NCBI RefSeq assembly: GCF_009914755.1
Contig: NC_060938.1
Reading direction: 5' to 3' (one strand)
From: the human T2T-CHM13v2.0 reference genome, Homo sapiens
DNA: 64,000 nt
Below the pieces are notes generated by a model. The model searched no databases. It was not told where the DNA came from and saw nothing but the letters and a program-made list of their open reading frames with translations. Shown here in pieces: positions 41,597-56,299 of the stretch. Both the position numbers and the translations under genes were made by a program. Every line of letters begins with the position of its first letter. Position 1 is the stretch's first letter.

Positions 41597-43579
41597 CCCA
41601 GTGCTTTTTCCTGCAGATAATTTACTCCACCTTTACCTCTATTAACTATTCCAGAACACAAGTTCCCTCTATTTCACATTATCCCCAACAAGAATGACCC
41701 ATAACTGATGAAAATTTAATATCCAAGCAGGAAAAGTTTTCTGACTCCAAGAATTATAATATGCTAGAATTCTGGTACAAGAGGAAGTTCATGCTAATTA
41801 GAGAAGATTGTAATTCACAAAGTTAAAATCCTGAAAGAAAAATCTCCCTCCGGAAGAAGTATGCAGTAGAAAAGATCTCAAACTCTTAAATAACATTAAC
41901 TCTAATTAATTAATTTATATGGAATAATCAGGCTTTGGTATTTTTCAGCTATATTGGTAGATCTTTCAGAAATCACAAATTGAACAAATGTGATCTGAAA
42001 ATGCTTTTGTTTCCCAAAACCACAACTTCCCCAGTAAATGCTCTAACCATTCAATTACATTCCTTTACCTTGAATAAGGAACAAGTAGTATAAGGTACTA
42101 TCTATAAAAACAAATAAGTAACTTCTATAAGATCCTTTTTGTAGGCAACCAGAATATGTCTCACCCTTTCCTTCCCAATACCCAAATCCCCCAAAACAGA
42201 GGTACTTGTTACCTTCTCTTGTGGTTTAGAAACCAACAGACATCTCCTGTGTCTGATGACCATGACAGCCATGATGTGTCTGATTTAGCCAAGGCTTCAG
42301 GAGCTTATAACCTTGTATTAATAGGGAAAATTCCTAACAACAAAAAGCACAAAGAAAATCTTTTCTTGATGACTGATCCCGTAACCTGTAATTTATATTC
42401 CCTCAGAGTATTTATAGGATTTCATAGTCATGAAAGACAGAAGGCAAGATCCCTTAAGTGGTTGCTTCTTTGAAAGCACCAAACCTACATAAGAAAAGAA
42501 CTGTAGAACCAACTAGAGCTACTCCATCAACAACCCCTCCCTTTTGAAAAACATGCACCCACATATATACACTCCTTTTCATAGCTTTATATGTAAATTT
42601 TTGTGTAAATTGTCTTTTATCTGAATTAACATTTTAAATTCCCTAAAAGCAGAGAGTGTCCTCTTTCATATATGGAATTCAATGGCATCACACACTCCAA
42701 AGACACTAACAGGTAGTCTTTGAAAATAAATTGCTTTTGGCTTGCCTATGGGTTGCCTGTGCAAGACAAGTGCTTGAATCAGCACCAACTGAACTTAAGG
42801 AGAAAAATGTAAGCCATCGAGCCAAATGTGCATTATATAGTCATGAATCTCATTTAATACTTCTGCCTAGCTAATAATATAAATAAGTGGATATTTCAAG
42901 GAAAAAGAATTTTAAAAGGAAGAGAATATAGTTTAATGAGTACATAATTATTAATATTTTACAAAATAAACTTTGGAAGTGAGTTGCTGGAAGGTGAACA
43001 AAATATTTGAGAACTGGAAATTTTAAAAGGTGGTGGCAATTTCTAAGTGCTCCTGATAGAAAACTGATCTGAGAAAAGATTGCATACAAAATTGTTAATG
43101 AAAAATAAACTACATATTTGGGTGGAATTAGAGCTGTGGAAAAGAAATAAGATGATTAGTCACCTGAACATGGTTATGGAGGCATGGAAACTGAAAGACA
43201 AGTACAATACCGCTGTGAAAGAGTTCTGATTGCTTTACACAGAGAAATGTTCCTGAGGCCAAACAACAGTTACCCCTTGTCTAACATCGACCTTATACCA
43301 CGACTTAAACAAAAATAAGGTAACAATTCTACCTAGCAGAGAGGGGAATCATGAGGAAGCAGTAGAGCATCTCACTTTAACGTGAAATAAAGATCAATTT
43401 ACAATAAAGTAAAAAAATTTAATAAATTTTAAAATTTTGCATTTAGAAGCCTCAGGGGAAGCTTAGATATCCATGTCACCTCACTCCAGAAGTCAGAGGG
43501 AGTTACAGAAGTGGAGAGGCCAAATCTTAATGCAATATTTTGCCAGAAAATATGAAACCAAAAAAGAGACCGAAAAACC

Positions 43580-44648
43580 AAGGCGAAGATTACATGAGAA
43601 AGTCTCCAAAAGCAATTGCAATGAAAACAAACATTGACAAGTTGGACCTAATTAAACTAAAGAGCTTGTGCACAACAAAAGAAACTATCAACAAACAGAC
43701 AACCTACAGAATAAAAGAAAATATTTGTAAATTATGCATCCAACAAAGGTCCAATATCAACAATCTGTAAGGAACTTAAATCAACAAGCAAAAATAAACA
43801 ACCCCATTAAAAATGGGCAAAGGACATGAACAGATACTTCTCAAAGGAAGACATGCAGCCAACAAGCATATGAAAAAAGTTCAACATCACCAATCATTAA
43901 AGAAATGCAAATCAAAACCACAATTAGATACCATCTCACACCAGTCAGAATGTCTATTAAAAAATCAAAAAATAACAGATGTTGGCATGGTTGCAGAGAA
44001 AAGGGAATGCTTATACACTGCTGGTGGGAATATCAATTAGTTCAGCCACTGTGGTAAGCAGGCAATTTCTAAAAAAACTTAAAACTACCATTCAACACAG
44101 CAATCCCATTACTGGGTACATACCCAAAGGAATATAAATTATTCTACCAAAAGACACATGCATACGTATGTTCACTGCAGCACTATTTACAATAGTAGAC
44201 ATGGAATCAACCTAGATACACATCAGTGGTGGACTGGATCAAAAAAAAATGTGATACGTATACACCATGGAATACTATGCAGCCATAAGAAGGAATGAAA
44301 TCATGTCCTTTGCAGCAACATGTATGCAGCTAGAGGCTGTAATCCTAAATTATCCTAAGATAATTAATGCAGGAACACAAAACCAAATATCACATGTTCC
44401 CACTTATTAGTGAGACCTGAACATGAGTACACATGGACACAAAGATGGGCAACAGTAGACACTGAGGCCTACATGAGGGTGGAGGATGGGAGAGGGGTGA
44501 GGATGGAAAAACTACCTATTGGATACTATGTTCACTATCATAGTAATGAAATCATTTGTATACTAAACCCCAGTGGCACGCTATTTAGTCATATAACAAA
44601 TCTGCACATGTACCCCTGAACCTAAAAGTTGAAAAAGAAAAAAAAAAG
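43580..44648 (+). mobile_element. 5'-truncated L1PA15/16-like 3' end
   Basis: [29 protein letters not shown]; 3'UTR gaaaaactacctattgg; poly(A). Confidence 0.9.
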
Positions 44649-45170
44649 TACATTTTAAATGTTTGCTCCACAAATTCCAAAAGGAGGAGGAAAAGGGTAT
44701 GCATTGCTATGGGATCTCTGTAAAAAGCATTTTTATTTAATTTGAACCTGAGAAGTTGGAAGATATTCCAAATTCTTATTTATTGATTCTTATTGTTAAC
44801 GTATTTCAGCCAAAACTTTTTTATTCTCTCTTAATAGATTATGTCTCTGTCTGGATTAAGAGAAGGACCAAAAAAGTGATCATTTGTAGCAGTAATAACT
44901 ATGTATGCAGATATCAATATTGTAGAACATTATAAATATACTAGACCAAAGTTGCATTTTCTAACTAGATGTAACCACATATTAAATAGCTATATTTTTC
45001 CTCTTTTAACAGTTTTGTCACTTCCATGCTGCCAACGCGGAGTCACAGAATCTGCAGGTTCACGCTGAGCCCTTTTGGTTAAACGCATCACTGAGGCAAT
45101 CAGAATCTCCTTTTGCTGCCCTTTAACTGGGAACAGCAAGTTCTGCCCTAGTCCCAGGCTGGGCTGGTGG

Positions 45171-45172
<2 letters not shown>

Positions 45173-45250
<78 letters not shown>
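45173..45250. repeat. Perfect (GT)39 microsatellite
   Basis: 78 uninterrupted nt. Confidence 0.97.
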
Positions 45251-45251
<1 letters not shown>

Positions 45252-45252
<1 letters not shown>

Positions 45253-45870
45253 ACCCAGTGTTTAGTCTTTTATCCCTCACCCCCCTCCCATGCTTCCCCC
45301 CAAGTCCCCAAAGTCCACTGTATCATTCTTATGCCTTTGTGTCCTCATAGTTTGGCTCCCACTTATAAGTGAGAACATACAATGTTTGCTTTTCCATTCC
45401 TGAGTTACTTCACTTAGAATAATGGTCTCCAACACCATCCAGGGTTGCTGTGAATGCCATTATTTCATTGCTTTTTATGGTTGAGTAGTATTCTATGGTA
45501 TACATATATATATATATACCACATTTTCCTTATCCACTCGTTGATTGGTGGGTATTTGGGCTGGTTCTACATTTTTGCAATTGCAAATTGTGCTGCTATA
45601 AACATGCATGTGCAAGAGTCTTTTTTCATATAATTTCATAATCTTCATAAATTCCCTCTGGGTAGATGCCCCGTAGTGAGACTGCTAGATCAAATGGTAA
45701 ATCTACTTCTAGTTCTTTAGGGAATATCCGTATTGTTTTTTATTGTGGTTGTACTAGTTTACATTCCCACCAGCAGTATAAAAGTGTTCTCTTTTCATCA
45801 CATCCGTGCCAACATCTATTTTCTTTTTGATTTTTTAATTATGGCCATTCTTGCAGGAGAAGGTATCACC
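45252..45870 (-). mobile_element. L1PB1-like 3' region
   Basis: ccccaaagtccactgtatcattcttatgcctttgtgtcctcatag...gagttacttcacttagaataatgg. Confidence 0.88.
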
Positions 45871-47399
45871 AAATTTTGCATGAAGAATATTTGCTTGAAG
45901 ATAGGTATTTAATTGAAATTACATTTACTTCTCCTTTCCTCCCTTAACAAACACCATTATGATAAACACATTTGGTGAAATATTTATGAGGATTGGTGTG
46001 TTTAGGGAATATCTCAGAAGACACAGTACATACTGCAGCCATTTTCTTTTCCTTGAACTGTCAAGCTAAACTCAGCATGAACAAAGACAGAAATATTAAC
46101 GAGTACCCAACAGAGGCCTCACTGATGTGGAATAAGAGATGGTATTACTTAGATATATACCTCTTTGGAGTGTACACATTGAATAGCCATAGTCACAGCA
46201 GGCTTGGAAAATAAAAGCAGTCTCTTATTTCAATATGAGCTTACAATTGCACCTTAAGAAAAAATAAGAAAATTAATTTCTGTATTTGTTCATAATCATT
46301 GGCATTTCATTGCAACGAAATCATACTATATAGAGGTCTCCCCTTCTAAATATCTTTTAAGAAAGGAATCCTTCCAACTGTCATAAACATTTGACTGTCT
46401 ATTAACCTCATAGTTTCAAAGTATGCATTCTTACACCTTAGCTACATCTTCCCAACTGTAATTTATATCTCTCTTCTCAAGACTGAAAGTGCTTCTTAGT
46501 TAACTTATATTGGGTCATTCTATACTCAGAATGGAAGAGGGTAAAGAGAAATGTTTAACGTAAGGGCAACTCCTGTACCATTGACAGACCCAGGTGAACT
46601 TCTAGCTGGAGACATGACTGTTTTAACAGGGAAAAGGAGGAAGAAACTGTGGATCATAAATTATATGTATACCTCTTCTGGCCCCAGTGAACTTTGAAAG
46701 CTTTGTAGAGAGACAAATATTTCATGACCACAAAAGTGTAAGTTAGTCAGATGGAATAGTTCTTGGAAATAGTTGTTTCGTGGAATTTATGTAGATGACT
46801 ACAAAGACTAATTTGTGCTTTTGAAAACTACAGTGTCCATTAATCACTGTGAATTTCAAAAACAATAGAAAGGTATGGTCTTGAGTGACTGGTTAGAAAG
46901 TAGTTATCACTTTCATAGTGGAGGCACAAGAAATGAAAGGTTTGATCTTAGTTTCCTCTTTATGGGAGAGAAAGGTTGCATCCAATAATATTATAATTAA
47001 ATTCATTAATTGGGCCTTGAGGCTTGATGTTCCTGTGAGCTATTCAAAAAATTATAGGTTATCAAATGATGTGAAAGAAAATTTTAGAAATATTACAGCT
47101 ATCACAACAAAGGAGTTAATGTCTAACAGTAAAACTATTGTTTCTGGATAAGCATTTCTAATGGTATAGTCATTAAGACAGCCTAAAGACTTTGAAATTT
47201 TGACAATTCTATTTTCTTTCAAACATTCTTAACAAAAAAACTTGATCTCTTTAAAAGTTCAGGGAAGAGGTCCCAACAAAGTGAGGAAAGCCAGGTTGGT
47301 TTCAATTTAGAAGGCTCATTGAGGTTGACAGAGTATTGCTGGTTTATTTTGATATGCTATATAGCAGTGCAAACACAAAATCGAGTTTCACAAAGTCTG

Positions 47400-47580
47400 C
47401 TCCCATCTGTAACTGCCTGTCAATCCTGGAGAAATAACCTGCCCCCACTTCCCTCCCAGCCTAAGCTGCCTCAACTGTTAAATGGGATTAATAACCTCAG
47501 AAGTTTATTTTAAGAGTTACATAAGATAATACATTTAAAACCTGCACATTACCAAACCCTCAAGAAATATTAGGTTCCTT
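47400..47580 (+). mobile_element. MIR fragment
   Basis: agcctaagctgcctcaactgttaaatgggattaataacctc...agataatacatttaaa. Confidence 0.55.
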
Positions 47581-48593
47581 CATTTCCCTAATGGTCATCT
47601 CAAGGAATGAAGTAAGTAGTTGAACATTAAGATCTAATGTCACTTGTATAGGACTGTGGGTAGCGACCTTGTCAAAATGTGATGTAACTAAAAAATTACT
47701 TTTAAATACAGGAACAACAAGGTCAATAGTCTCAATAGGGGAAAAAAAGCAAATCTATAATTTCTCATGGTTGATGTGATGGAACTGTTTATCTGATCTA
47801 CGAAGGAGAGCATGCACATCAAAATCTCGGTAAATACTATGAGGGAGAACTTCAAGGGCTTTACACTGGACAGATAAAAAGGGAAAAGATTCTTTTGTTG
47901 CCAAATATACTAGTTTCAAAAAATCCACTGAAGACAGCTAAGCTAATAAACATTATCAGACTAGTTTGGTGATAATTTGGAGTTATTCTTCATATTTGGT
48001 CTTGTGTTTTGAAGAAGCAGAAATAAGAATAAATCAATAAGGCTATGTTTTCTTTTTGATTGAAAGAACAGACCTAAGTGTGTAGTTAGAAATTATAGGG
48101 GAGTGTAGCTTCTGTTGAAGATACCATAATAAATGGAAAAAAAAGAGGTAGGAGGGAAATCTGTGCCATCCATTTATCCATCCACCCATCTATCCACCTG
48201 CCCCCATACACAAACATCCATTACATGTTTACTTTCTGTTAAATATAAAACATGGTACCAGATGCAATGAGGAAACAAGAGATTAAAACCTAGTATTAAA
48301 TAATATATATGCAGATAACCAGAGGAAACAGCAATAAGTGGCAAATGTCACGGAATCCTACCTGAAAGTTTTAACTGCAATGGAGTGGTAAAACAAAAAA
48401 ATTGCACTAGCAAACATGATAAAAAGGGCTAGAGTTTACATAGAAAGAGAAGAGGAAAAAAATGGTAGGACTTTTGTAACAAAATTGAACTTTATTTGTT
48501 TAGCAGTGGGAAAACCACTGAGGTTTCTAAGCTGGAGAGTCATGGGATCAAAGCTGTGTTAAATGAAGATTCATCTGGCAGAACTGATTAAGC

Positions 48594-48595
<2 letters not shown>

Positions 48596-48647
<52 letters not shown>
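48596..48647. repeat. Perfect (GT)26 microsatellite
   Basis: Read directly from the sequence. Confidence 0.96.
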
Positions 48648-48649
<2 letters not shown>

Positions 48650-49052
48650 TTTCTCCAATAAAACCTGTTAGGTAGAGGTCAATTGTGGATGTGTTGTAAG
48701 TAATTTATCACAAAAAACACAAAACCGAAATCGGTGATTTACTTTTTTGTATTAATTTGAGAGTATTCGAGGTTATTTCTGTAAGATGTCACTCTTACCA
48801 AATGCTTTACTAAACAGCAGATTAAAGAATGCAGAAACAAATAGCTGGAGCCCAGGGCACAGTGTGACCATGAAACACCCACAAGAGTGTTCCTGCCTGG
48901 AAAAATAATCTGTGTTGGACTTTAGCAGGCATATAGGTGAGGACAAGTCCAGCAGAAGACACAGACTACAGGTTAGGAAGATCATGCAAGTAAGATGCTT
49001 CTGTAACCCTTGTAGGTATGAAGCAATAAAGAGCTAAATAAGACAAAGGTGG

Positions 49053-49461
49053 TATAAAGGTTAATTTTATATGTCAACTTGAGCCACAGGGTGCCCAGAT
49101 ATTTGGTTAAAATTTGGAGTACGTCTGTGAGGGTGTTTCTAAATGAGATTAACATTTGAATCAGTAGACCGAAAAAAAGCATATTGCCTCCACAATATGA
49201 GTGGGCCTCATCTAATCCACTGAAGGTCCCAACAGAGCAAAAACACTGAGCAAAAATCACTCTCCCTCTGCATGAACGTCTTCAAACTAGGACATCAATT
49301 CTCTCTTGCCTTAAGCTTGAACTCAGACTGGAACTTATACCATCACCTGTCTTGGTTCTTATAGCACTGGACTAAGACTGGAACTATACCATAGGTGCTC
49401 TTGGGTCTCTGGCTTGCTGACCATAGATCTTGGGACTTCTCAGTCTTCATAACCACATGGG

Positions 49462-49509
<48 letters not shown>

Positions 49510-49579
49510 TTGTGTGTCTGTGAACATACATAGAAACACACCCTATTGCTACTGTTTCTGGAGAACCCAGACTAATACA
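49053..49579 (+). mobile_element. ERVL solo LTR (MLT2B-like) with internal (GT)n
   Basis: ggttaattttatatgtcaacttga...gagattaacatttgaatcagtagac...ctggagaacccagactaataca; perfect 5-bp TSD ggtgg. Confidence 0.88.
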
Positions 49580-50691
49580 GGTGGTCTAAACAGAAAGAGA
49601 GGAATGAATATATGACAAACAGTTAAGAAAAACTTTGTAAAGTCACCAGTTGTAGTGGACAAGGAAATGGGAGAATGTAATCTTTTTTTCAAATCATAAA
49701 TATAAGAGAGATTTTAAATGCTTACAGGAAAACTTTCAAATTAATAAATGTTTTAAAAATTCCCTAAAGATTCAAATGGAAATTTCATGGCTATAAGGCA
49801 TATATAAGTTTTACATAGAATATGTTGATGTCCTGTATTTTTAAATATTTCCATTTTATATTTCATGACATGCATATGTTTATTTTCAGCAACTACATCT
49901 ATTATGTAAACCATTCTGGACTCCAGTGTAATCAATAACAAAGAATAATCAAACTTCAAATCCTTAAAATTCAATCATAAATTGAAGTTTAGAACCCACT
50001 AAAGGTACACTAGGCATCTGAAAATTCAGTCTGTTAGAGGACATAGATAATTTTATTAAATTTACTAAGTGCAGTAACAACATTTTTGTTTGCCCTTTAG
50101 TTCCCTTATTTCATGTTTCAGCCAAGTTCTTTCCCACTTCAACGCTTCATAAATGCTGTTCCCTCTGCTGGAATGGCTATGCTCATCACCCCTTACATGG
50201 CTAAAGGTCAGGCATCACTTTCTAAGGAAACCCTGACTTCAACATCTCCCTCACCCATAATCTGTGAAGTTAGATCCTCCATATACTCTTAGAGCATAAT
50301 CTATACTGCTACAAAGGACAACTACTCTAGTAGACACAGTGTCGATGGCCAACATGAAAATGTTCTAAACAGGAAAAAAGAATATAATAATGAATACAGA
50401 ATAATAAAACTAGCCTGCATTGTGTCTTCATACTAACATAATCAAAAGTTTAATTTTTTAAGGGAGGAAGGGGCCCACAAAAGCGAAAGTCTTTAGGGTC
50501 CACAAAAGCCATATGTCCCTAGTTACTCTGCATTATTGCTAAGAAATGACACCCTGACTTTTTTTTTTAGGCTGGATGATAGTACCTACCTAGGAATTAA
50601 ATAAAATTATAAATTACTTAAAGCACTTAAACAGTGTCTGGCACATAGCAATAAATGTTAGATGTTATTACTGTTTAAAACAATAACTGAG

Positions 50692-50993
<302 letters not shown>

Positions 50994-51723
50994 GGAAAAA
51001 CAGTAACTGAAAACACTATTCATTACATTACATTCAAGAGAATACATTCCTCTTGAATTTAGTTTTCAAAATAAGTTTGCTTCTCCCAAGCAGTTTCTGT
51101 GTTCCATTTAAGATAATACAAACCATATGACCTAACAGGTATCCCTCCCAGATGTCAGAAAACTGAGAGCTAAATAAAGTGATAAACCAAAACAACTTCT
51201 TCTTGGTGCCTAGGACACTATTTCTCTGTTTCTTATTTTTTTTCCTGTGATTTTTAGATTTCCATCGATGTCCATTTTAACACTATAGTACAGATTTTAA
51301 CACTATAGTACAAGTCAAAATAAAAGGATAAAATTTGAAAATATGACTACGTAATATCAAGGGCCTTACAACAGCCTAAGCCAATAAGGACTGTCTCCAT
51401 TTCGGGTTCACTCATAATCCATGTAACTTCTTTGAATTTTCATAGTATATTTGAAGAAAGAATATCAAATACGTATACCTAGGCATAAGGAAATCATACT
51501 CATTTTGAAAATACCACGTTTCGCACATTTCCAGAACTATCTCAATATATTTCAAGGTTAATACAGTAAAAGTAATTTATGAATATTCCTAATTTACTGA
51601 TAAGTGTCCAAAAGTGGGTGCACATTTCCAAAGAGGGTCAAGCAGGCTGGAAAATTTCTTGATATACAGGGAATCAAGTAGCAGAGAACCTATTACAGAT
51701 CTCTAATTTCATTATTTTATTGG

Positions 51724-52190
51724 TATATTAGTTTTTCATAGATGCTGTAACAAATTCCCACAAACTTAGTGCCTTAAAATGATGCAAATTTATTATGTTA
51801 CAGTTCTGTCCGTTAGAAGTTCAATACGTCTTACTGGGCTAAATCAAGTGTTAGCAAGGGTACCTTCCTTTCTGGAGGCTCTGGGGAAGAATCCATTTCC
51901 TTGTCTTTTCCAGGATCTAGAGGCTGCTCATATCCCTTGGTTCATGGTCCCCCTCTTCCATCTTCAATAAGCAATCTTCAGCTGAGTCTTTCTCATATTG
52001 AATCCTACTCTGCTTCCCTCTTTCACTTTTAAGGACCACGTGATTATATTGTGTCCCAGATAATACAGGATAATCTCATCTCTAGAACCTTAATTTTTTC
52101 CAGCTATAAAATCCCTTTTGCCATGTAAGGTAACATATTCACAGATTCAACCCAGTATCCAACCCTGTTAGGTTGTGGACATCTTTTGGC
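51724..52190 (-). mobile_element. MaLR solo LTR (MLT1C/D-like)
   Basis: tatattagtttt...gctgtaacaaattcccacaaacttagtg...ctggaggctctggggaagaatcc...gccatgtaaggtaacatattcacag. Confidence 0.85.
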
Positions 52191-53247
52191 AGAGGAGGGA
52201 GGGAATAGGCAGGCATTATCATTTTGTATGCAACATTATAGAAAAGACAGATAGTACTCATTACAACACACCATCAAAGCAGAAACGCCCTCCCAGAAAT
52301 CCATATTTGCAACAACAAATAGTCAAAATGTACACAGTTTCCATCTGCATTTGTTTTAAGGTAGCTCTAATATAAGGTTTTAAAAAAAAAAAAACACAGC
52401 AAATATATGCTTTGAATTTAATGAAAGCTACTTAGTAACCTAAAAGCTCAAATCGAATCTATTTTAGCACAAGGAGCTTTGCCTTACTCATCTCCCTAAG
52501 TGTGCTCATGATTCAAGTTTAAGGAAGAACAGCTTTGCTACACAAATAATCTATAAAGTGAAGAAACAAGAAAATCTAAGAATTCACATAATATATTTAA
52601 CATTTCTGAATTTTCCAGAATATATTTCAGAATACACACACATACACACACACACACACACTGTCTCTCCCCTCAATATTTTGGAAGAGGAAAAATACAA
52701 ACTTTAAATATTTAAACTCCCCACTCAATCAATACTGGTCTGTTGCCAACTGAATACATTACTGGAAATATTGAAAATCTTTATCTCTAAAATTAAGTTC
52801 ATCCAATAGAAGTGTTATAAATTTTAGGCCCGTTACACAGAGGTGAAAAAGGGAGGGCTCAGAGATATTTACAGTTAACTAAAGAATAATGAATCATAAG
52901 TTTCCACTGCCCATTTACTGACTAAAGACATGAATGTTGATTTCGCATTCAATCACAGTTGACATCTGCACAGATCTGTGTATAGCATCCCTAGGCATAT
53001 CGTTAATTTAATTCTGGTTCTAGGAATATTTAGCCAATGTAGTTTAACTTCAATCCCTGTTGACCTAGGCTGGATTTCAATTCATAACAGAAAACATATG
53101 AGAAACAAAATTACTGTAATGAAACATCTATAAGCAAAAGAAACTAAGAATAAAACATATTTCTTAAAAAATTATGATTTGACTCTAAGAGCGGGCATAA
53201 TTTTTTAAAAACTATTCTTTCTCAATTGGTTGTTAAAAACAATTATA

Positions 53248-53589
<342 letters not shown>

Positions 53590-53723
53590 TCATGTTAAAT
53601 AACTGATGAGTTTTAATAATGTTCTCAATTTATCAATTAAAATCACTTATTTTAATTATCTCTAATGATCTACACCATTGAACTTCTAAACAAGCTGGTC
53701 ACAATGTAAAAATAAGATGCTAA

Positions 53724-54025
53724 GGCCAGGTGCACAGTTTCATGCCTGTAATCCCAGTAACTCAGGAAAACAAGGTCTAGGATTATTTAAGTCCAGGAGT
53801 TTGAGACCAGCCTGGGTAACCTAGCAAGACCTCATCTCTATACAAAAATTAAAAAATAAAAACATTAGCCAGGCATGGTGGCATGCACCTGTAATCCCAG
53901 CTACTCAGGAGTCTGAGATGGGAGGACTGCTTGAGCCTGAGGGGTCAAGGCCGCAGTGAGCCAAGATGGCGCCACTGCACTCCAGCCTGGGTGACAGAGC
54001 AAGACCCCATCTCAATCAATCAATC
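53724..54025 (+). mobile_element. AluJ with a (TCAA)n tail
   Basis: gggaggactgcttgagcc, gtcaaggccgcagtgagc. Confidence 0.9.
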
Positions 54026-54642
54026 CGATGATAAATTCAATTTTAAAAAATTAACCAGAGTCCAAATAAATAAATGATATTACATTTAGAAATCATCCCA
54101 TAAGTTACTTCAGAATGTTTAAATATTACACTCCAATATGGAATAGAAAAAACTTGCTTCTTCCTGTTTTGGGACTAAAGGACACTTCTATGAATATCAT
54201 GATTCTAAATTATTTCTTCAGTAAGACAAATCTGAAAAACTGTGAAATGATTTGCAGAATAAGTGATAGACGAATGAGTGACTGGATGACTAGAAAAGTA
54301 AACCAATATATAAATAATGTATAAGCACAACATAAAGTCTAAACTACATGTTAGAAAAGATACCTACAGTTCGAGAGTCCCTCCGTTATTTCTGTCCCAC
54401 AAATAAATTATAAGACATTATCCTCTGTTAACAGCAATTGACCACCAACTGTACAAGTAGCATAGAAATTCGAAGGATGAGCAGGGAAAAGCAGAAAAAC
54501 CAGCTGAAAAGTTTCTCAGAACACTGGGAATGATGAAACCAAAGGAATAAACCATTAAAAAGTTGAGAACACTATTGACAGATCCAAAATCTATCACATT
54601 AGATTAAAATCAGATTTTTAGATAGAAAAAATCTAAGTCATA

Positions 54643-54986
54643 CAGTAGTCTCCCCCCTATTTTTAGATAGAAAAAATCTAAGTCATACAGTTTCAATTTG
54701 GTTTCAATCACTGCCTGTCAACTGCAGTCCGAAAATAGGTAAGTACAGTATAATAAGACACCTAGTGACAGAGATCACATTCGAGTAACTTTTATTATAC
54801 TATATTGTTATAATTGTTCTATTTTATTAATTATTATTAATGTTTTATTGTTTATAATTTATAAATTAAGCTTTATCATAGGTTTGTATGTATAGGAAAA
54901 AACAGTTCATATAGGGATTGGTACTACCTGCAGTTTCAGGCATCCACTAGGGTGCCTAAGTCTCCACACATAAGGGGAGTCTACTG
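54643..54986. mobile_element. MER44A (TcMar-Tigger MITE)
   Basis: TIRs cagtagtctccccc / ggggagtctactg, TA on the left; internal ccgaaaataggtaagtacagta. Confidence 0.85.
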
Positions 54987-56299
54987 CATCTCTTTATGCT
55001 CACAGCCATGTATATGGCCAGAATAATCAGTGAATAGTGTGCCAGATTCGCCACTAAGGTGGCTCTAATGCTTTGGATATACATCATATGACAAGCTTTA
55101 TGCTTTGGAAGCAGGTTGCCAAAAATACTGATTTGGCAATCTGGCTTAAACCACTCCTAAGACTTCTACCAACGCAGGTCATGCCAAAGTTTTACATTGC
55201 AAATCCAGTGGCTACTTCTCATCCCTTCTCTCCTTTTCTCCAAATACTCATCCTTTCTTTGAGCATATACAAGGGATAGGGAGCTAATGTATCTTTCCTC
55301 TACTGCCTACTTCTAGACTATGTATATGTTCATCCTTTTTTTTGAGCTTATATAACACAAAGATTAGACCCAATTACAGATGCTAAGAAGCTACCCATCA
55401 AAATAAGAAAACCACTACAAAAATTATTGTGATAAGTGAATCTGCCAAATATACTAGCATATTCAAAACACTAAAAAGATCTTAAAAGAAGAAATCCCTA
55501 ACTCTTTTGCCCTTGTTCTTTCCAACATTCACTTCTCTACCTTTACTTTTGACCTCATCCACCCGTATCTTCCAGGATCCTGCTATACCAGCTAAACTTC
55601 CACCTGTTCGACCTCTCCCATCAACAGCCCCTTCTACTCAACATACATAATCAGGCTCAAGCTTTTCTATGACTAGTAGTACATACAGAATCATACTCTA
55701 AAAGTTATAGTCATTCTACTCTTAAAGACTGAGACTATTTTAGACACAAAGTTTTAATATTCTTTTTTTTTGATATTTTGGTATTTTGAATTTTTTTCAC
55801 GTTACACTAGAGAGTTAAATCATAGTATACAATAGGGCTAGAATTAATACTAACAATGTTATTGTGTCCCTAAATGAATCAGGAAGCTCTTAGAGGATAC
55901 CGTCACGAAATGAATAAAATATAAACTATTTAAATATTGCTACCATAAAATGTAATACATAACTGAAATATTAGAAAAGACAAATACTGTTACCTAATTC
56001 CAGAGTGTCATAAACAATATGTAAACCACTCTAATTAAATTACTTAATCAACTTCTGCCAAATATTTGCTGATTTTTATTTTGGTTATTCAGAGTTTAAT
56101 AAGTATCCAATAAATTTCAAAACAGGGAAAAATAAATAAATTTGGGCCAATGGCAAGATATCATCTCTGTCTTTCTAAATCTAAACTTTGGGGAAAAACT
56201 ATGCTTTCTTTTGGAAGAGTGATTTTTTTTTTCACTAAATATTAGTATTATGGCTCCCCTATTAACTGTGCTCCTTTAGTGTTCTTTCATTACTTCCCT

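Noticed and set aside
51032-51058. Hairpin attcaagag-N9-ctcttgaat
   Set aside because: Short stem with no RNA-gene context.
55050-55064. CTCF-like palindrome gccactaaggtggc
   Set aside because: An extra base breaks the CTCF core spacing; unsupported without ChIP data.
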